A stretch of 64,000 nt of DNA from Coleofasciculus chthonoplastes F2-STO-03 (GTDB lineage Bacteria; Cyanobacteriota; Cyanobacteriia; Cyanobacteriales; Coleofasciculaceae). Location of the stretch: assembly GCA_040222015.1 (NCBI GenBank), contig JAVJWO010000108.1, positions 1 to 64,000 on the forward strand, written 5' to 3'. Of this stretch, positions 9,341 to 20,172 are shown piece by piece (the first letter of the stretch is position 1; every line of letters begins with the position of its first letter). The position numbers and the translations under genes are program-made. The notes beneath the pieces were generated by a model. It searched no databases. It was not told the origin of the DNA and saw only the letters and a list, made by a program, of their open reading frames with translations.

Positions 9341-11338
9341 ATGGCAGCATCAACTCCCCGTTTCCCCGATATCCAAAACCACTGGGCGCGTTCATTTATT
9401 GAAGGGTTAGCCCAGGCGGGTATGATTAGTGGCTTTCCCGATGGGCGTTTTCGTCCGAATGATCCCATGAGTCGGGCGCAGTTTGCGGCGTTGTTGCAAA
9501 ATGCTTTCTCTAAACCGAGTAAACGCCCGAATGTTCCGTTTGTGGATGTTCCTGTCAAACATTGGGCAACTGGGGCGATTGCTAAGGCGTATCAAACCGG
9601 GTTTATGTCAGGGTATCCGGGAAATCGGTTTCGCCCAGAGGCGAGTATTGCCAGAGTGGAAGTGTTGGTGTCTCTGATAACGGGATTGGAGATAACTACT
9701 GCTGGATTAACGGAGGTGAAAGCCGCCCTACCGGAACTCTATCAAGATTTTGGCGACATTCCCAGCTATGCTATTGATCGGATTGCGATCGCAACCAATA
9801 CCGGAATGGTGGTGAATTACCCAGAGGTTAAACGCTTCAATCCCCTCAAAGCCGCCACTCGTGCGGATGTTGCGGCGTTTATTTACCAGGCATTAGTCTA
9901 TACGGGTGAACTTGACGCCATTGGTTCAGATTATCTTATTCTGCGCCAGAAAACCTTGAAACTGAGCCATCAACGGGAGTTTCGCGGGGTGTGGGTGGCG
10001 ACAGTTTGGAACATCGATTGGCCCCCCCAACGAGGCTTATCGGTTGCCCAACAGCAACGGGAATTGTTACAAATTATTGACCGCATGGCGGAACTTCAGT
10101 TAAATGCGTTAATCTTACAAATTCGACCGACTGGCGATGCCTTTTATGCCTCTGAGTTAGAACCCTGGAGTGAATGGTTAACTGGCATACAAGGTCAAGC
10201 TCCCGATCCTTATTATGACCCCTTAGAGTTTGCGATCGCGGCTTGTCATCAGCGCAATATTGAACTCCACGCCTGGTTTAACCCCTATCGCGCCAAAACC
10301 TCTTCCCAAAGTTCCGCCAGTGTCGCCCCTCACATTACCGTCACTCATCCGGAATACGTGTATAAATATGGCAATCAGCAGTGGATGGACCCTGGGGTGA
10401 AAGTGGTTCAAGATTTAACCTATAACGTAATCATGGATGTGGTGCGGCGCTACGACGTTGATGGCATTCATCTGGATGATTATTTTTATCCCTATCCCAT
10501 CGCGGGTGAAGAGTTCCCCGATGAAAAAACATATAACGCTTATCAAACCGCAGGCGGCACTCTTAGCCGAGGCGATTGGCGGCGGGAAAATGTGAATCAA
10601 ATGGTGCAGCGCCTTTATAAAGGGATACAGGCGACAAAGAAACAGGTTAAATTTGGCATTAGTCCCTTTGGCATTTATCGTCCCGGACAACCGCCTCAAA
10701 TTAAAGGATTAGATCAATATGAATCCTTGTATGCTGACCCGAAAAAATGGTTAGAAGCAGGATGGATTGATTATATCGCCCCGCAATTATACTGGCGTAT
10801 TGACCCCCCAGAACAAAGTTACCCCGTTCTCCTGCAATGGTGGACTGAAAATAATCCAAAACAGCGACATATTTATCCCGGCAATCGGTTAAGTATGTTG
10901 GATGCTCAAGACTGGTCATTTTTGGAATATGAACGGCAGGTTGATATTACCCGCAACCTGGCTCCCCAACTCTCCCTAGGCAATATCTTTTATAACATGA
11001 AAGTCTTTAATGAAAATCGTTTGGGACTCGTTGAAAAGTTCCAATCCTCTGTTTATAATCAACCCGCCTTATCTCCAACCATGTCGTGGCTGAGTGATAC
11101 ATCACCAGCGATTCCCGTTCGGGTGAGAGTGATTGGAAATAAGCTGATTTGGAATGCTGCCGTTAATGCCAAGATTCGCTCCTGGACAGTGTATCAGCAA
11201 CAAGGCGAGAACTGGACACTGCACAAAATTTTGCCCCAAGAGACAACCGAGGCAGAATTAGCACCGGGAACCTATGCGGTGTGTGCTGTAGACAGACTGG
11301 CGAATGAAAGTTTAGGCGTTGTAGCGTCTATTCAATAA
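9341..11338 (+). CDS. S-layer homology (3xSLH) plus glycoside hydrolase-like family 10 (YddW/DUF187) protein
   Basis: SLH repeats (GFPDGRFRP, GYPGNRFRP); REFRGVWVATVWNIDWP and GIHLDDYFYPY. Confidence 0.88.
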   Translation: MAASTPRFPDIQNHWARSFIEGLAQAGMISGFPDGRFRPNDPMSRAQFAALLQNAFSKPSKRPNVPFVDVPVKHWATGAIAKAYQTGFMSGYPGNRFRPEASIARVEVLVSLITGLEITTAGLTEVKAALPELYQDFGDIPSYAIDRIAIATNTGMVVNYPEVKRFNPLKAATRADVAAFIYQALVYTGELDAIGSDYLILRQKTLKLSHQREFRGVWVATVWNIDWPPQRGLSVAQQQRELLQIIDRMAELQLNALILQIRPTGDAFYASELEPWSEWLTGIQGQAPDPYYDPLEFAIAACHQRNIELHAWFNPYRAKTSSQSSASVAPHITVTHPEYVYKYGNQQWMDPGVKVVQDLTYNVIMDVVRRYDVDGIHLDDYFYPYPIAGEEFPDEKTYNAYQTAGGTLSRGDWRRENVNQMVQRLYKGIQATKKQVKFGISPFGIYRPGQPPQIKGLDQYESLYADPKKWLEAGWIDYIAPQLYWRIDPPEQSYPVLLQWWTENNPKQRHIYPGNRLSMLDAQDWSFLEYERQVDITRNLAPQLSLGNIFYNMKVFNENRLGLVEKFQSSVYNQPALSPTMSWLSDTSPAIPVRVRVIGNKLIWNAAVNAKIRSWTVYQQQGENWTLHKILPQETTEAELAPGTYAVCAVDRLANESLGVVASIQ

Positions 11339-11705
11339 TGCCTTTTAGATGTGGAAATCATGGGTGTAGACAAAGGGAACAGGGAACAGGGAAAGGAAAC
11401 AGAGAATACCCAATTTAAATGCACATTAGTTTATTCTTGATATACCGTAGGGTGGGCACTGCCCACCAAAATACGAGGAGCGTGCCGACTTACAGCAGTT
11501 TGCTCTGCTATGCGGTACATTGTCGATCCCCCTAAATCCCCCTTAAAAAGGGGGACTTTTATCTACTGTACTTTATTACAGAATTAAGCGCTGTAAGCGT
11601 TATGCCAGGAATTAGAATCCCTGACGGGAAGAAAGCCGAAACTGCTATAACCTTGTATAAATTTCCTAGCTGCTATTACTAGACTAATCATCTTGGGCAA
11701 AGATA

Positions 11706-12278
11706 ATGAACACTGTAACCTTAAATTTAGATACAATTCTTTTAACCGACGAACAGTTTTATCAATTATGTCAAAATAACCGCGAGTTTAACTTTGAAAC
11801 GACGGCGAATGGAGAATTAATTATTATGCCACCCGTTGGCGGAGAAAGTGGGAATCGAGAATCTGAACTGATTGCCGATTTGGTCATCTGGAATCGGCAA
11901 TCTGCCCTAGGTTATACCTTCAGTTCCTCCACAATATTTAAGTTACCCAATGGCGCGAAACGTTCCCCAGATGCGGCTTGGATTCGCCGAGAACGCTGGG
12001 AAGCGCTCCCCCCTGAACAACGGCGCAAATTTCCCCCGATTGCACCCGATTTTGTCATCGAATTAAGGTCAGCCACCGACGATTTGCAACCGTTGCGTGA
12101 CAAAATGCAAGAATACATGGATGCTGGGATGCAATTGGCATGGTTAATTAACCCCCAACAGCAGCAAGTGGAAATTTATCGCTGGGGACAGCCAGTAGAA
12201 ATACGAAATCTGCCGACAGAATTATCGGGTGAAACCCTATTGCCGGGATTTAGCTTAACTTTATCTGCCTATTTGTAG
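11706..12278 (+). CDS. Uma2 family protein (copy 1)
   Basis: RSPDAAW, PDFVIELRS. Confidence 0.9.
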   Translation: MNTVTLNLDTILLTDEQFYQLCQNNREFNFETTANGELIIMPPVGGESGNRESELIADLVIWNRQSALGYTFSSSTIFKLPNGAKRSPDAAWIRRERWEALPPEQRRKFPPIAPDFVIELRSATDDLQPLRDKMQEYMDAGMQLAWLINPQQQQVEIYRWGQPVEIRNLPTELSGETLLPGFSLTLSAYL

Positions 12279-12326
12279 ATTCAATGATAGGGAAGTTTAA
12301 ATTTACTTTAAGCGAGTGCAAAGACC

Positions 12327-12899
12327 ATGAATACTGTAACCTTAAATTTAGATACAATTCTTTTAACCGACGAACAGTTTTATCAATTATGTCAAAATAA
12401 CCGCGAGTTTAACTTTGAAACGACGGCGAATGGAGAATTAATTATTATGCCACCCGTTGGCGGAGAGAGTGGAAATCGAGAAGCTGAATTAATTGTCGAT
12501 TTGGGACTCTGGAACCGGCAATCTGCCCTAGGTTATACCTTCAGTTCCTCCACAATATTTAAGTTAGCCAATGGCGCGAAACGTTCCCCAGATGCGGCTT
12601 GGATTCGCCGAGAACGCTGGGAAGCGCTAACGCCTGAACAACGGCGTAAATTTCCCCCGATTACAGCCGATTTTGTTATCGAATTAAGGTCAGCTACAGA
12701 TGATTTGCAACGGCTACGTGACAAAATGCAAGAGTACATGGATGCTGGGGTGCAATTGGCATGGTTAATTAACCCCCAACAGCAGCAAGTGGAAATTTAT
12801 CGCTGGGGACAGCCAGTAGAAATACGAAATCTGCCGACAGAATTATCGGGAGAAACCCTATTACCAGGATTTAGCTTAACTTTATCTGCCTATTTATAA
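12327..12899 (+). CDS. Uma2 family protein (copy 2, near-identical tandem duplicate)
   Basis: Same length as copy 1 with few substitutions. Confidence 0.9.
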   Translation: MNTVTLNLDTILLTDEQFYQLCQNNREFNFETTANGELIIMPPVGGESGNREAELIVDLGLWNRQSALGYTFSSSTIFKLANGAKRSPDAAWIRRERWEALTPEQRRKFPPITADFVIELRSATDDLQRLRDKMQEYMDAGVQLAWLINPQQQQVEIYRWGQPVEIRNLPTELSGETLLPGFSLTLSAYL

Positions 12900-12940
12900 A
12901 GATATGGAATTTGAAATATGATTTAAGTTTGGGCATAGCT

Positions 12941-13003
12941 ATGAACACTGTAACCTTAAATTTAGACACCATTCCCTTAACTGACGAACAGTTCTATCAA
13001 TAG
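12941..13003 (+). pseudogene. Third, truncated Uma2 copy
   Basis: MNTVTLNLDTIPLTDEQFYQ* matches the N-terminus of copies 1 and 2. Confidence 0.8.
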
Positions 13004-13188
13004 CCATCAATGCTTTGAGCCGTAGAGAAAGTTGTTCATCTTCAAGGAAATGTGAGACTATCTATAACAACTATGGCGATAGAATCACCGAAAATGTACC
13101 ATTGCTCCCCCAGCTAAGAGACGTAGCATGCTACGTCTCTACATTGCTTCAAGAGCTCCCCCTCACCACAACACTTATTCAGCAAACC

Positions 13189-14361
13189 TTATTCGGTTTT
13201 GTCCTCTGGCTTCTGCTCCTTGGCTTTTACTCTCTTCCTAACTTTACTTGGCTTCGGCTTTTTGGCTTCTGGATTCTGCTCCTCTGTAGTAGGTTCCTGT
13301 TCTTGGGCTTCTGGGTTCTGTTCTGCTGTACTAGGCTGTTGCTCTTTCGTTTCTACCTTCGGCTCTTGGGCTTCTGGGTTCTGCTCCTCTGTACTAAGCG
13401 GTTGCTCTTTCGTTTCTACCTTCGGCTTTTTGACGTCTGGCTTCTGCCGTTTTATACTCGGCTTCTGCTCTTTGCCTTCTGACTGCTGTTCTTTACCTTC
13501 TGGCTTCTGCCTTACCGGACTCGGCTTCTGCAGTGACTTATTCTGCCGTTTCTCCTGCTGTACGGCTGTCTTGTCCGCTTTCGACGCCTTCAAAAACTTA
13601 GGTGCTTTATCCAAGGGTGGTGCTAACAGAGCATCAAACTCAAAAAGATTCCGAGTGGGCAAAAACTTAGCCTTGACTTGAATAAATACCGGATGTCCTT
13701 GCTCCTCTTTGGGGGTTTTGGGATTGAATCGGAATGGCTTAACCGGAGAATCTTTCCACATCAACGGGAGGTGAGACGCCTTCATAAACCTCACCTTTTG
13801 CGCGGGTTCGGCTTGCTTGATATAATCTAAGCGATCGCGATTGAAATTACGGAAAATAGAGACAACCGGTCCTCGACAAACAGGAATAAATTGCCACAAG
13901 CCACGAATCTGAAACTCAAAATCGTCCAATTGTGCCGCAACACCATCGGGTTCTCCTTTCGAGAATCCTACCAACTGAAAGGAAATCTGATGCGACTTAG
14001 TGCGTTGAGGAAAGTGGATTACTCTGGGGTAAACGATTAATCGTTGAGTCGCTTCGCCAGTGTTTTTGATTTCCAGTTTCAGAGCGTTGAAAGCCTTGCG
14101 TAATCGAGATGTATAAAACAATGGATAGTCTCGACCCGCCATAGTAAGCATAGCCCGCCCCTCGTCTGACCAGCTAACGTCACCGACGACGATTCCAATC
14201 GCTTGGAAGATAATTCCCTCATTTTCTGATTCCTTGGTTTCCTCCTCAGGAGTGTCAGATGTTTCAGGTGTTTCAGGTGTTTCAGGTGTTTCAGGCTGTT
14301 TAGGTTTTTCAGGTGTTTCAGGTGTTGCTGTCGTCTGTTCGAGTTCTGGCTCTGTCATCAT
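13189..14361 (-). CDS. Hypothetical protein with low-complexity TPE and EQ/KP repeat termini
   Basis: 390-aa ORF with a globular core (RGLWQFIPVC) flanked by coding tandem repeats. Confidence 0.75.
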   Translation of the reverse strand: MMTEPELEQTTATPETPEKPKQPETPETPETPETSDTPEEETKESENEGIIFQAIGIVVGDVSWSDEGRAMLTMAGRDYPLFYTSRLRKAFNALKLEIKNTGEATQRLIVYPRVIHFPQRTKSHQISFQLVGFSKGEPDGVAAQLDDFEFQIRGLWQFIPVCRGPVVSIFRNFNRDRLDYIKQAEPAQKVRFMKASHLPLMWKDSPVKPFRFNPKTPKEEQGHPVFIQVKAKFLPTRNLFEFDALLAPPLDKAPKFLKASKADKTAVQQEKRQNKSLQKPSPVRQKPEGKEQQSEGKEQKPSIKRQKPDVKKPKVETKEQPLSTEEQNPEAQEPKVETKEQQPSTAEQNPEAQEQEPTTEEQNPEAKKPKPSKVRKRVKAKEQKPEDKTE

Positions 14362-14555
14362 GGCTGCTGCTGACTTTTTCGTTCAGGGTAGCATTAGAAG
14401 CTATATTCCGTCGCCAATTGCGGTCAGTTGGTTCAATTACAACCGACTGAAATTCCTATCCCGTCGTGTCTAGACGCCTGTAAGCGGTTTGCTGGAGGCG
14501 TTGAATCTCTGGAGAATTATAGCAATTAGTGCGGCTGCGGTTTGCAGAATGCGAT

Positions 14556-16169
14556 TTATGTTTGATTGACCCATTGTACAATGGCTTGGGTTAACCCTTC
14601 TAAGGTATAGTGTTGAGCCTCTAAATCCACTCGCCCCAAGAGTTGTTGACAGGTTTTAGAGGTTTGTGGACCAATGGAGGCAATACAGACATTTTCCAAA
14701 AGCGAGAGTGGATGGTTACTGTTTTTTTCCAAAAGCTTCCTAAAATTTTTGACGGTTTTAGAACTGGCAAAGGTAATAATATTGACGGTATGATTTTGCA
14801 ACGCTGCCGAAGCTAGGGGTGCTATTTCCCCTGGACAGGTTGACTGATAGGCTGCCACTTCCACAATAGTAGCACCTTGGGCAGTTAAGTCTTTGACTAA
14901 AACCTCTCGTCCCCCAGTTTCTACACGGGGGAAGAGGAGAGTTTGTTCCGCCAGAGGTTCAGGAAAATGTTCAACTAGAGAATCGGCGATAAAATCTGGG
15001 GGAATAAAATCTGGATGTAATCCCCGTTCCTTTAAACTAGCCGCCGTTTTCTTGCCCACAACCGCAATTTTGACTCCGGATAAGGCACGGCTATCTTTTC
15101 CTAGTGTCAGCAATCGTTCAAAAAAGTACTTGACGCCGTTACTTGAGGTGAGAATTAACCAATCAAAATCGGATAAATTAGTAATGGCTTGATCTAAGGC
15201 GTCCCAACTCGACGGCGGTGTAATCACCAAGGCGGGCATTTCAATCACCGTTGCGCCTTCCTGTTCTAACAAGTCTCGAAATGTACTCGACTGTTGAGCC
15301 GAACGAGTGACTAAGATTGTTTGACCCTGAAGCATCTGCGGGAAACTACGTTTATTGATGTCATAGCCTATTGTCTCTTGTTTTGGGGTAAACTCGACAG
15401 GGATTTGGGATTGCGATCGCAGATAATCTCGTAATCCTACCACTTCTCCCACGACAATCACCACCGGAGACAGGGAGACACCCGCTGTTTGCTTAACAAT
15501 ACTAGATAATGTTCCCACCCAAACCTGTTGTTGAGTCTGTCCACAAGCCCGAATCACCGCCACAGGGGTTTGATAGGATTTGCCATAACGCTGTAGCTGC
15601 TGAACGATTGTGGCTAAATGACGCCCACCCATTAAAATAGCCAGAGTATCGATTCGCGCCAATGCTTCCCAGTCTAAGGCTTCGGGTTGATGCGCTGTCA
15701 GGACAGTAAAACAGCGACTCAAAACCGCATCAGTCAGGGGAATATTTGCCAGTAACGGTGCAGCTAGGGCAGAGGAAATCCCCGGTACGACTTCAAAGGT
15801 ACAATCGGCATCGGTTAACGCTTGAATTTCAGATGTAGCCCGACCAAAGATAAAGGGATCACCACTTTTTAAACGGACGACTTGCTTTCCTTGTTGGCAT
15901 TGTTCAACCAATAATTGATTAATCTTTGCTTGCGGAGTTGAGGGGCGCCCCCCCCGCTTTCCCACATCAAACTGACGGCAATTTGCGGGGACTAATTGTA
16001 AAAGTTGGGCGTCTACTAAAGCGTCATAGACTAATACCTCCGCTTGACGAAGAAGTTGTTGCCCGCGTAGGGTGAGGTATGACATACTTCCGGGTCCAGC
16101 ACCGACGAGATAAACTTTACCCAAAGGGCGTCGAGAACGCAGATTTTTAGCAGGATTGGGGTCAACCAT
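14556..16169 (-). CDS. cobA/hemD: Uroporphyrinogen-III C-methyltransferase / uroporphyrinogen-III synthase fusion
   Basis: LVGAGPG and RLKSGDPFIFGR; HemD motifs LTSSNGV, FASSKTV, SIGPQT. Confidence 0.92.
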   Translation of the reverse strand: MVDPNPAKNLRSRRPLGKVYLVGAGPGSMSYLTLRGQQLLRQAEVLVYDALVDAQLLQLVPANCRQFDVGKRGGRPSTPQAKINQLLVEQCQQGKQVVRLKSGDPFIFGRATSEIQALTDADCTFEVVPGISSALAAPLLANIPLTDAVLSRCFTVLTAHQPEALDWEALARIDTLAILMGGRHLATIVQQLQRYGKSYQTPVAVIRACGQTQQQVWVGTLSSIVKQTAGVSLSPVVIVVGEVVGLRDYLRSQSQIPVEFTPKQETIGYDINKRSFPQMLQGQTILVTRSAQQSSTFRDLLEQEGATVIEMPALVITPPSSWDALDQAITNLSDFDWLILTSSNGVKYFFERLLTLGKDSRALSGVKIAVVGKKTAASLKERGLHPDFIPPDFIADSLVEHFPEPLAEQTLLFPRVETGGREVLVKDLTAQGATIVEVAAYQSTCPGEIAPLASAALQNHTVNIITFASSKTVKNFRKLLEKNSNHPLSLLENVCIASIGPQTSKTCQQLLGRVDLEAQHYTLEGLTQAIVQWVNQT

Positions 16170-16564
16170 TCTCCAATTTTAAACCGTTTTGGTGAATACA
16201 TCCCTCTTAAGCCAACAGCAAGAGACAGCAAGAGGAGGCGATTGAAATCGCTGCTACACAAACAAAGTCCGCCTGCGCGGACTTTTTTATAACGGGGGTA
16301 GCTAACCCGGATTTGCATTTATAGCAATAGACACATCGATTGGGACGTTCGGCACCATTGTAGAGACGCGCCATGGCGCGTCTGGAACATAAATGATGTG
16401 TCCTAACAGCCATGGCGGTTGCTATAAATTGGGAATGGGTAGCGAGGAGGAATGGGAAACAGAAAACGTTTACAGATGATCAGGAATAGCTTATATATAT
16501 GAGCGCACATTTTTCCACTATAAAATAATAGTATCAAAAACTAATTGAATTGTCTAGATTTTTT

Positions 16565-17635
16565 TCAAAAATGCTGAAATCCTCGACTTAGGGTTAATAA
16601 TTCATCTCTATACTTTCCCGTACTATCCCGGAGACAAACCGACCTACCGGATGTAATGGAACCAATAATGGCTGATCCGGCTGCCAATTTTTCGACAAAT
16701 ACCTGAGCCAATGGTTCAGATAAACATAACACCAGTTCAAAGTCTTCACCCCCATACAAAACCCAATCCAAAACTTGTTCTGGGGACGTCAGCCGAGGCA
16801 ATACCGAGGGGATAGGAATCGCATCCCATTCCACCACAGCCCCCACCCCACTCGCTCGACAGATTTGAGCGATCGCATCCGCTAGTCCATCGCTGCTATC
16901 CATTGCTGTTAGCGGGATTGGGGAAGTATTGAGTGTTGAGCCAACCCTAGGCAGATCAGAAACCGGGTTTTGATCGGGGATGGGGAATTGGGAGGCGAGA
17001 ATGTCCCAGAGTTGAGGTAAAATATCCAGTCTTGGCTGAGGGCGTTGGTGGGATTGAATCAGACGCGATCGCTCTTTTTCACTCAAGTCTTTGCCGAATT
17101 CCGGATTCAGCAATAATTCCAACCCAACTCGTGATCCACCATGGACTCCAGTCACCACGATCGCATCGCCAACCTTAGCATTAGAACGACGCATGACGCG
17201 CTCTTGTAAGACTTGACCAAATGCAGTAATCGATACCGTAATCACCGGGGATTGACAAACATCACCCCCGACGATGGGCGTATGATACGGTTGTAAACAC
17301 TCAGACATACCTTGATAGAGTCGTTCAACCCAACTCACCGCCACATCACCCGGAAGACTCAAACCAACCGTAATCCCTAGAGGCGATGAACCCATTGCGG
17401 CTAAATCCGATAAATTTGCCGCCACAGCACGCCAACCCACATCTTCAGCCGACGTCGTGCGATCGCTAAAATGAATTCCATCTACTAAAACATCGGTTGT
17501 CACCACTAATAATTGCCCCGGTTCTAGATTTGGCATAATCGCCGCATCATCACCCACAATATCTGAGGGACAAAAGCGCTGTAATCGTTTTAAAACACCC
17601 TGTTCTCCAATATCTCTAATTACATCATTGCTCAT
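16565..17635 (-). CDS. thiL: Thiamine-monophosphate kinase
   Basis: GDDAA, NLSDLAAMG, DSSDGL, GGEDFEL. Confidence 0.93.
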   Translation of the reverse strand: MSNDVIRDIGEQGVLKRLQRFCPSDIVGDDAAIMPNLEPGQLLVVTTDVLVDGIHFSDRTTSAEDVGWRAVAANLSDLAAMGSSPLGITVGLSLPGDVAVSWVERLYQGMSECLQPYHTPIVGGDVCQSPVITVSITAFGQVLQERVMRRSNAKVGDAIVVTGVHGGSRVGLELLLNPEFGKDLSEKERSRLIQSHQRPQPRLDILPQLWDILASQFPIPDQNPVSDLPRVGSTLNTSPIPLTAMDSSDGLADAIAQICRASGVGAVVEWDAIPIPSVLPRLTSPEQVLDWVLYGGEDFELVLCLSEPLAQVFVEKLAAGSAIIGSITSGRSVCLRDSTGKYRDELLTLSRGFQHF

Positions 17636-17655
17636 TTGTCAATTTATGGGTTTCA

Positions 17656-17949
17656 TTATTCGTTACGCCGATGCAGTTTCGGAAAGCGATAGTAGGTATC
17701 TCCATCCGCATCAACTTCTGGGATAGCATTAAACACCTGAACTTGGTGTTCCAAATACTGCTGTGCGATTTCAGGTTCAACCCTAGCGGATGCAGCTAAC
17801 TGAATCAGAGAAATACAGCTATTTTCCGTTTCTAATAACTGATAAAACGTTTCCTCTAACTGCTTTTGTTGACTTCGGGTGGCTTTTTGCAAGAACAAGA
17901 TGCCTAAAACACCTAAAGTGATGACCAATAGCAAGTCAATAATTTGCAT
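17656..17949 (-). CDS. Small hypothetical membrane protein
   Basis: N-terminal TM segment; co-oriented with thiL. Confidence 0.65.
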   Translation of the reverse strand: MQIIDLLLVITLGVLGILFLQKATRSQQKQLEETFYQLLETENSCISLIQLAASARVEPEIAQQYLEHQVQVFNAIPEVDADGDTYYRFPKLHRRNE

Positions 17950-18115
17950 ATTCAGGGAACAGGGAATAGGGAACAGGAAACAAACCGATGATCCTTACCT
18001 TAACCTGAATGGCACGCTCAGATGAGGCTGGTGGGTTTCGACTTCGCTCAACCCACCCTACGGTATATCAATGATTTTGGCGATGACAAACTGCTTATTG
18101 AGCGTGCCATTGTTA

Positions 18116-19270
18116 TTAAGCAGCCACGTCGGGTTCAACCAAATTCTCAGCGCCCTGAACAACTGTAGCTGACTCAATGATATCGCCGAGTTCTAGCTTA
18201 TCCAATACGTCTTTCCCCTCAACAACATAACCAAAGACAGCATAACGCCCATCCATAAGATTAAAACCAGGAGGGGTTAACTCACTATCAAACTTGAAGA
18301 AAAAGAACTGAGACGAACCCCCATTGGGATCATCTGCGGGACGCGCCATGGCGAGAGTACCGTAAGCGGAGAAAGGAAGCATGGGTTCATCTAAGTAAAT
18401 CCCCGCCTGTTCTAAGGTCATACCATAGATGGGTTCCTCATCTCCCCTGACTAACACTTCAAAGGGAATAGCCCGATATTCACCTGTTTTGGGATCGATA
18501 AATCCTTCCTCCGGTCCAGGTGGATCACCGGTTTGCACGTAGAAGTCTTCAGTACGGGTAATTGCCAGATCATCATAAAAACCCCGTTGCACCAAATCAA
18601 CAAAGTTACCCGCCGTAACCGGGGCGCTATAGCCATCGACAACTAGGGTCATATCCCCTTTATTCGTAGCTATCTCTATCGTGGCGCGACCTTTGAGTTG
18701 AGGTAAGTTACTATACTCTGAGGGGACTTCAAAAGGAACTCCCTTGACCATCATTTGTTCCAGTTCGCCCACTTTGTCAAGGATTTTGCCTCGCTCAATC
18801 CAGACGGCTTCTTTATCCTTGGCTTCAACTGCTTCTCGGAGTGAAACGATATCATCTCTCATGCTGGTAATGATCGCTTCAGCTTGCGGTTTTTGCTCCT
18901 CTGGGATGTCAGCCAGAACTTTTTCCGGGCGATTGCTCAAAATTACATCCGCTTTGGTGATATCCCGGTTAATCGGACTCCAGCGCTTTCCCCGTAACTG
19001 AGTGGCAATATCTTCAAGACTTGCTTGCACATTCCGCACCGCTTGGTTCTCAATAGGCAGAGCATACCGCAGTAGGGCTTTGCCATCAGTAATCGCATTC
19101 CCTTGCGCCAAGCGACTTTCTCGGGCAGGTTGTTGTTGATCATTACCAAAATTCCACCAGGCACCGCTTAAACTTACGGAGAGTGTCACCAGTAGCAGCG
19201 CCACAAAACTGGTTTTGAGCAGACGTTGGCACCAATCGAGCTTGAGAATTTTTAAAGGTCGCATAAACAT
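18116..19270 (-). CDS. Cyclophilin-type peptidyl-prolyl isomerase (CYP38/TLP40-like)
   Basis: LLRYALPI, APVTAGNF, QTGDP, GSSQFFF, DGRYAVFGYV. Confidence 0.9.
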   Translation of the reverse strand: MFMRPLKILKLDWCQRLLKTSFVALLLVTLSVSLSGAWWNFGNDQQQPARESRLAQGNAITDGKALLRYALPIENQAVRNVQASLEDIATQLRGKRWSPINRDITKADVILSNRPEKVLADIPEEQKPQAEAIITSMRDDIVSLREAVEAKDKEAVWIERGKILDKVGELEQMMVKGVPFEVPSEYSNLPQLKGRATIEIATNKGDMTLVVDGYSAPVTAGNFVDLVQRGFYDDLAITRTEDFYVQTGDPPGPEEGFIDPKTGEYRAIPFEVLVRGDEEPIYGMTLEQAGIYLDEPMLPFSAYGTLAMARPADDPNGGSSQFFFFKFDSELTPPGFNLMDGRYAVFGYVVEGKDVLDKLELGDIIESATVVQGAENLVEPDVAA

Positions 19271-19373
19271 ATCGCCTAAGGCTGAATATCTGACTATATT
19301 CTTATTGAAACTTTACAATACCATTAGGTTGAGGCTAACTTACAGCATTGAAACAGATATTCTTCATATTGCC

Positions 19374-19454
19374 AAGTCTGATGTGGGCGTTACGTTTAAT
19401 GCTGACCTCAATGCCAGCTACAATATCTTGCGTACACTATTCCCCAACCCTTGA
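19374..19454 (+). pseudogene. TnpB (IS200/IS605) C-terminal remnant
   Basis: [26 protein letters not shown] matches the NAD.NA..NI RuvC-III motif. Confidence 0.55.
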
Positions 19455-19467
19455 GGAACAAGGACTA

Positions 19468-20025
19468 ATGATTTCAAGTAACGACTTTCGCACGGGTGTC
19501 ACGATTGAATTAGAAGGATCGGTGTGGCGGGTGGTGGAGTTTCTCCACGTCAAGCCTGGAAAAGGTTCGGCATTTGTCCGCACCAAGCTGAAAAATGTTC
19601 AGACGGGGAATGTCATGGACAAAACCTTTCGGGCTGGGGAAACAGTACCCCAAGCCATCCTAGAAAAACGCACCATGCAACATACCTATAAAGAGGCTGA
19701 CCAATTTGTCTTCATGGATATGGAAACCTTTGAGGAAAGTCGTCTCAATCAAGAGCAAATTGGCGATCGCGTCAAGTATATCTCTGAAGGGATGGAAGTC
19801 AATGTGGTGACGTGGAATGACCAAGTCCTGGAAGTGGAGTTACCCAACTCCGTGGTGCTGGAAATTGTGGAGACTGATCCGGGTGTCAAAGGTGATACCG
19901 CCACAGGTGGCACTAAACCCGCTACGGTGTCTACGGGAGCGCAAGTGATGGTACCACTGTTTATTTCCGTCGGCGAGCGGATTAAAATCGATACTCGTAA
20001 CGATTCCTATCTGGGTCGTGAGTAA
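19468..20025 (+). CDS. efp: Elongation factor P
   Basis: [27 protein letters not shown]; start set to the ATG after GAGGA. Confidence 0.97.
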   Translation: MISSNDFRTGVTIELEGSVWRVVEFLHVKPGKGSAFVRTKLKNVQTGNVMDKTFRAGETVPQAILEKRTMQHTYKEADQFVFMDMETFEESRLNQEQIGDRVKYISEGMEVNVVTWNDQVLEVELPNSVVLEIVETDPGVKGDTATGGTKPATVSTGAQVMVPLFISVGERIKIDTRNDSYLGRE

Positions 20026-20172
20026 ATGGATCTGAACCAATCAATCAACAGCTAAGGTCAATATCCAAACACCGCTTTTGCCCAGCTCAAATCGTGATCA
20101 ATCCTACCTGAGGTATCATGTAGAACTCGCTCCCTTGAATTTTTCCGGAATTCCTATCTCTCTAATTTAGTT

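Noticed and set aside
13015..13681. Hydrophobic plus-strand ORFs 13015-13482 and 13199-13681
   Set aside because: Antisense shadows of the low-complexity repeat tail of 13189-14361.
19348..19467. N-terminal extension of EF-P in the ORF track (likewise the extensions at 39775, 43118, 51374 and 54838)
   Set aside because: Family homology begins at downstream ATGs; the extensions cross intergenic or repeat DNA.
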